Positions 8,579 to 11,206 of a stretch of DNA of 11,206 nt are shown in pieces (the stretch's first letter is position 1; every line of letters starts with the position of its first letter). The notes beneath the pieces are model-generated. The model did no database searches. It worked only from the letters and a program-made list of their open reading frames with translations, and was not told where the DNA came from. The stretch covers positions 1 to 11,206 of the IMG/VR virus record IMGVR_UViG_2630968808_000005. One strand, 5' to 3'. Source of the DNA: a virus. Taxonomy: Duplodnaviria; Heunggongvirae; Uroviricota; Caudoviricetes. The translations under genes were made by a program, and so were the position numbers.

Positions 8579-8937
8579 TTCGCATCCCTAAAGACAATGA
8601 ACTTTGAATAGACGAAACCGCACACCAGGCTGATGGCGGAGAAGGTGACAAGAGTGACAATTGGAGGAAGTGAACATCTATCAGCAGCCCATCCAACAGT
8701 AGCACTCAGTGTTCCCATGAACCCGACATATAACATGTAGCGCATCGTTGTAGTTGATGCTTTGAATGTGAATTTTGCATTCGCGAAGAAGCTAAAACTC
8801 ACAGCCACAACAAAACCTGCGAAGTTTGCAAGAGCTTGGTTTGTATGCGCGGCATAGATACAAACACCAAAAACCACCCAGTGTATAAGGGTGTTCAGCA
8901 CTCCAATCGAGGTGTACTTTGCAAATAGCTTTAACAT
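8575..8937 (-). CDS. gtrA: GtrA flippase (small 4-TM membrane protein, 120 aa)
   Basis: 120-aa hydrophobic protein with four predicted TM helices; first gene of the gtrABC operon, with the size and position typical of GtrA. Confidence 0.85.
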   Translation of the reverse strand: MLKLFAKYTSIGVLNTLIHWVVFGVCIYAAHTNQALANFAGFVVAVSFSFFANAKFTFKASTTTMRYMLYVGFMGTLSATVGWAADRCSLPPIVTLVTFSAISLVCGFVYSKFIVFRDAK

Positions 8938-9649
8938 TTCTTCTATCAGCTAATAATCAAAGGCATGAAGTCTATCATCCAAGTCTCAATCGATCGATAC
9001 TTGCGTTAGTTGATGAGAAAAAACTCTGGCACACAAGGCTTTGCAATGGCTTGCAAGGTTTTGTTTCTATCAGATAGTGGTTAAGGTGGATCACTCCACC
9101 TTTTCATCAAGCCAATCCGCCCACCACTGCATCATTTCTCTGCGCTTAACGTAGTGGATGCATCACTATCACCCTGTAATGGCTTATTACTGGTTTGCAG
9201 ACAGGTAGGCATGAACATATGCCTGCGCATGAAGATGGAACTAGTCCGGATGCGATATTTTTGGTGATCACGTACATCATCAACGAAGTGCGTTATGGTG
9301 AGTTTGATGACTACCCGCTGAAGTGAAAATTGTGTTGTGTACCAAATTGCGTACCAAACTAAAATCACAAATCATGAAACCCTTGTTCATGGCGGTTCTC
9401 AGGGGTGTTGCGCGTAATCGTGAAACAAAAAGGTAGATTGTTGCTTACCGTCATTCATCATTAGGTTAAATCCGTTATTTCTGCTGTCTGCCAGAGTATC
9501 AAATATCACCGTACTAATCAGCTTTAGCGCCACAAGATCATGTCAGATAAAAATGAGAGGGTAGTCACATTTTCTTGCACTTTATTCCAGCCAGTTCATA
9601 AGTATTTCCGTAAAAAGAACAGCTATTTGAAACTCCTGAGGGTTTGCTG

Positions 9650-10816
9650 TTGAAACGCCGACTTATTATTGCTGCTTCTTTGTTCGTTTTTAACTTATCG
9701 TCTGGTTTTGCGGCGGAAAACATTCCTTTTTCACCTCAGCCTCCAGAGATTCATGCCGGGTCCTGGGTACTGATGGATTACACCACCGGACAGATCCTCA
9801 CCGCGGGTAATGAGCATCAACAGCGCAATCCCGCCAGCCTGACAAAGCTGATGACGGGTTATGTCGTGGATCGCGCTATCGATAGTCATCGCATTACGCC
9901 AGACGATATTGTCACCGTGGGGCGCGATGCGTGGGCGAAAGATAATCCGGTGTTTGTCGGTTCTTCACTGATGTTTTTGAAAGAGGGCGATCGCGTATCG
10001 GTACGTGATTTAAGCCGTGGTTTAATTGTGGATTCCGGAAATGACGCTTGTGTTGCACTGGCTGACTATATTGCCGGTGGGCAACGGCAGTTTGTTGAAA
10101 TGATGAACAACTATGCCGAGAAGCTGCATCTCAAGGATACGCATTTTGAAACAGTGCATGGTCTGGATGCACCTGGCCAGCATAGCTCGGCTTATGATTT
10201 AGCTGTGCTTTCTCGCGCTATCATCCACGGCGAGCCCGAGTTTTATCATATGTACAGTGAGAAAAGCCTCACCTGGAACGGTATCACTCAGCAAAACCGT
10301 AACGGGTTATTGTGGGATAAAACCATGAATGTTGACGGCCTGAAAACGGGTCATACTTCTGGTGCCGGGTTTAATCTCATTGCTTCGGCTGTAGATGGGC
10401 AGCGTCGTCTCATTGCAGTGGTAATGGGGGCTGACAGTGCAAAAGGTCGTGAGGAAGAGGCAAGAAAATTACTACGTTGGGGGCAACAAAACTTTACTAC
10501 GGTGCAAATTTTGCACCGTGGGAAAAAGGTCGGAACGGAACGCATCTGGTATGGCGATAAAGAAAATATCGACCTGGGAACGGAACAAGAGTTCTGGATG
10601 GTGCTACCGAAAGCCGAAATTCCACATATCAAAGCCAAATATACCCTTGATGGTAAAGAACTCACCGCGCCAATTAGCGCCCATCAGCGGGTAGGGGAAA
10701 TTGAACTTTACGACCGTGATAAACAGGTGGCGCACTGGCCGCTGGTTACCCTGGAATCTGTCGGGGAAGGCGGCATGTTTTCCCGCCTGAGTGATTATTT
10801 CCACCATAAGGCCTGA
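9650..10816 (+). CDS. dacD: D-alanyl-D-alanine carboxypeptidase DacD (PBP6b), host chromosomal gene
   Basis: Signal peptide, the SxxK active-site motif (ASLTKLMTGY), SGN (DSGND) and KTG (LKTGHTSG) motifs of class-C low-molecular-weight PBPs. The sequence matches E. coli DacD as I recall it. Start chosen as the TTG at 9650 (GAGG at 9638-9641, ~8 nt spacing, 388 aa); the ORF track's TTG at 9644 is the alternative. Confidence 0.9.
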   Translation: MKRRLIIAASLFVFNLSSGFAAENIPFSPQPPEIHAGSWVLMDYTTGQILTAGNEHQQRNPASLTKLMTGYVVDRAIDSHRITPDDIVTVGRDAWAKDNPVFVGSSLMFLKEGDRVSVRDLSRGLIVDSGNDACVALADYIAGGQRQFVEMMNNYAEKLHLKDTHFETVHGLDAPGQHSSAYDLAVLSRAIIHGEPEFYHMYSEKSLTWNGITQQNRNGLLWDKTMNVDGLKTGHTSGAGFNLIASAVDGQRRLIAVVMGADSAKGREEEARKLLRWGQQNFTTVQILHRGKKVGTERIWYGDKENIDLGTEQEFWMVLPKAEIPHIKAKYTLDGKELTAPISAHQRVGEIELYDRDKQVAHWPLVTLESVGEGGMFSRLSDYFHHKA

Positions 10817-10900
10817 CCTTTCTTTTGCAGCAGACTGGCAGGAGTGCGAGTCTGCTCGCATAATCAACACTCATTCCTTGTGGTTTTAATATTGCAACTA

Positions 10901-10920
10901 TACTGTATATAAAAACAGTA
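10901..10920. promoter_or_regulatory. LexA box (SOS operator) in the sbmC promoter
   Basis: TACTGTATATAAAAACAGTA is a near-consensus CTGT-N8-ACAG LexA site, 15 nt upstream of the sbmC start; sbmC is a known SOS-regulated gene. Confidence 0.8.
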
Positions 10921-10934
10921 TTAATGGAGGCGTC

Positions 10935-11206
10935 ATGAACTACGAGATTAAGCAGGAAGATAAACGTACCGTTGCAGGTTTCCATCTCGTTGGCCCGTGG
11001 GAACAGACGGTAAAGAAAGGTTTTGAGCAGTTGATGATGTGGGTAGATAGCAAAAATATTGTGCCGAAGGAATGGGTTGCTGTCTATTACGACAATCCAG
11101 ATGAAACACCCGCCGAAAAATTACGCTGCGACACCGTCGTGACGGTGCCGGGTTACTTTACGCTTCCCGAAAACAGTGAGGGCGTCATTCTGACAGAAAT
11201 TTCAGG
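10935..11206 (+). CDS. sbmC: DNA gyrase inhibitor SbmC/GyrI (3'-partial; runs off the window end)
   Basis: [72 protein letters not shown]... matches E. coli SbmC as I recall it. GGAGG Shine-Dalgarno at 10926-10930. Conserved synteny dacD -> sbmC. Confidence 0.9.
   Translation, partial: MNYEIKQEDKRTVAGFHLVGPWEQTVKKGFEQLMMWVDSKNIVPKEWVAVYYDNPDETPAEKLRCDTVVTVPGYFTLPENSEGVILTEIS

Larger units (their letters stand above)
1..9100. mobile_element. Right-hand (late/accessory) end of a P22-like prophage; the left end lies outside the window and the right boundary is only known to fall within about 8938-9643
   Basis: Gene content and order match P22-type phages: ejection protein, immI (mnt-arc-ant with recognisable operators), tailspike with P22-type N-terminus, then gtrCBA, followed by host genes dacD/sbmC. 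No integrase in the window, as expected if int is at the other prophage end. Confidence 0.8.

Noticed and set aside
9219-9326. 35-aa plus-strand ORF (MPAHEDGTSPDAIFLVITYIINEVRYGEFDDYPLK) in the junction region
   Set aside because: Too short and without a clear Shine-Dalgarno to call. It could be a remnant of a disrupted gene at the integration site or a small protein, but I cannot support it from sequence alone; BLAST/tblastn would settle it.
9132-9368. 78-aa minus-strand ORF in the prophage-host junction
   Set aside because: No ribosome-binding site, odd composition, and it lies in the probable att/dacD-upstream region; most likely noncoding. It does not resemble the sbcB N-terminus that might be expected upstream of dacD.
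8938-9643. Search for a tRNA gene or tRNA 3' fragment at the prophage end
   Set aside because: No T-loop-like GGTTCGA(A/G)TCC motif or cloverleaf-compatible sequence was seen by eye; integration here appears not to be tRNA-targeted. tRNAscan-SE would confirm.
10351-10985. Four ORFs (104 aa minus, 85 aa plus out of frame, 88 aa minus, 79 aa minus) overlapping dacD and the dacD-sbmC spacer
   Set aside because: Antisense or out-of-frame shadows of dacD and the sbmC promoter region; dacD and sbmC are clearly identified.
1-11206. CRISPR arrays, IS elements/transposase genes, rRNA
   Set aside because: No regularly spaced direct repeats, no transposase-like ORFs or terminal inverted repeats, and no rRNA-like sequence were found in the window.

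Overview
This window covers the accessory end of a P22-like temperate podovirus prophage and its junction with an enterobacterial chromosome (Escherichia/Shigella-type dacD-sbmC locus). All homology calls are from reading the translations and from remembered family sequences; no database search was run. Left to right: (1) the 3' part of a large Ala/Lys/Asn-rich ORF that runs off the window start, consistent with a P22 gene-16-type ejection protein; (2) a two-gene slot of divergently transcribed exported proteins of unknown function, sitting where P22 carries sieA; (3) a complete immI region: mnt, the overlapping divergent Pmnt/Pant promoters with the Arc and Mnt operators, arc, the sar antisense RNA position, and ant; (4) a 722-aa tailspike with the P22-type N-terminal head-binding domain but a different receptor-binding body; (5) a minus-strand, translationally coupled gtrA-gtrB-gtrC O-antigen glucosylation operon with a strongly AT-rich gtrC; (6) a ~700-bp junction with no tRNA; (7) host dacD and the 5' part of sbmC, preceded by a canonical LexA box. 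No CRISPR array, IS element, rRNA or tRNA was seen. The best candidates for something undescribed are the exported-protein pair at 1408-2334 and the matched specificity pair of tailspike receptor-binding domain and gtrC.
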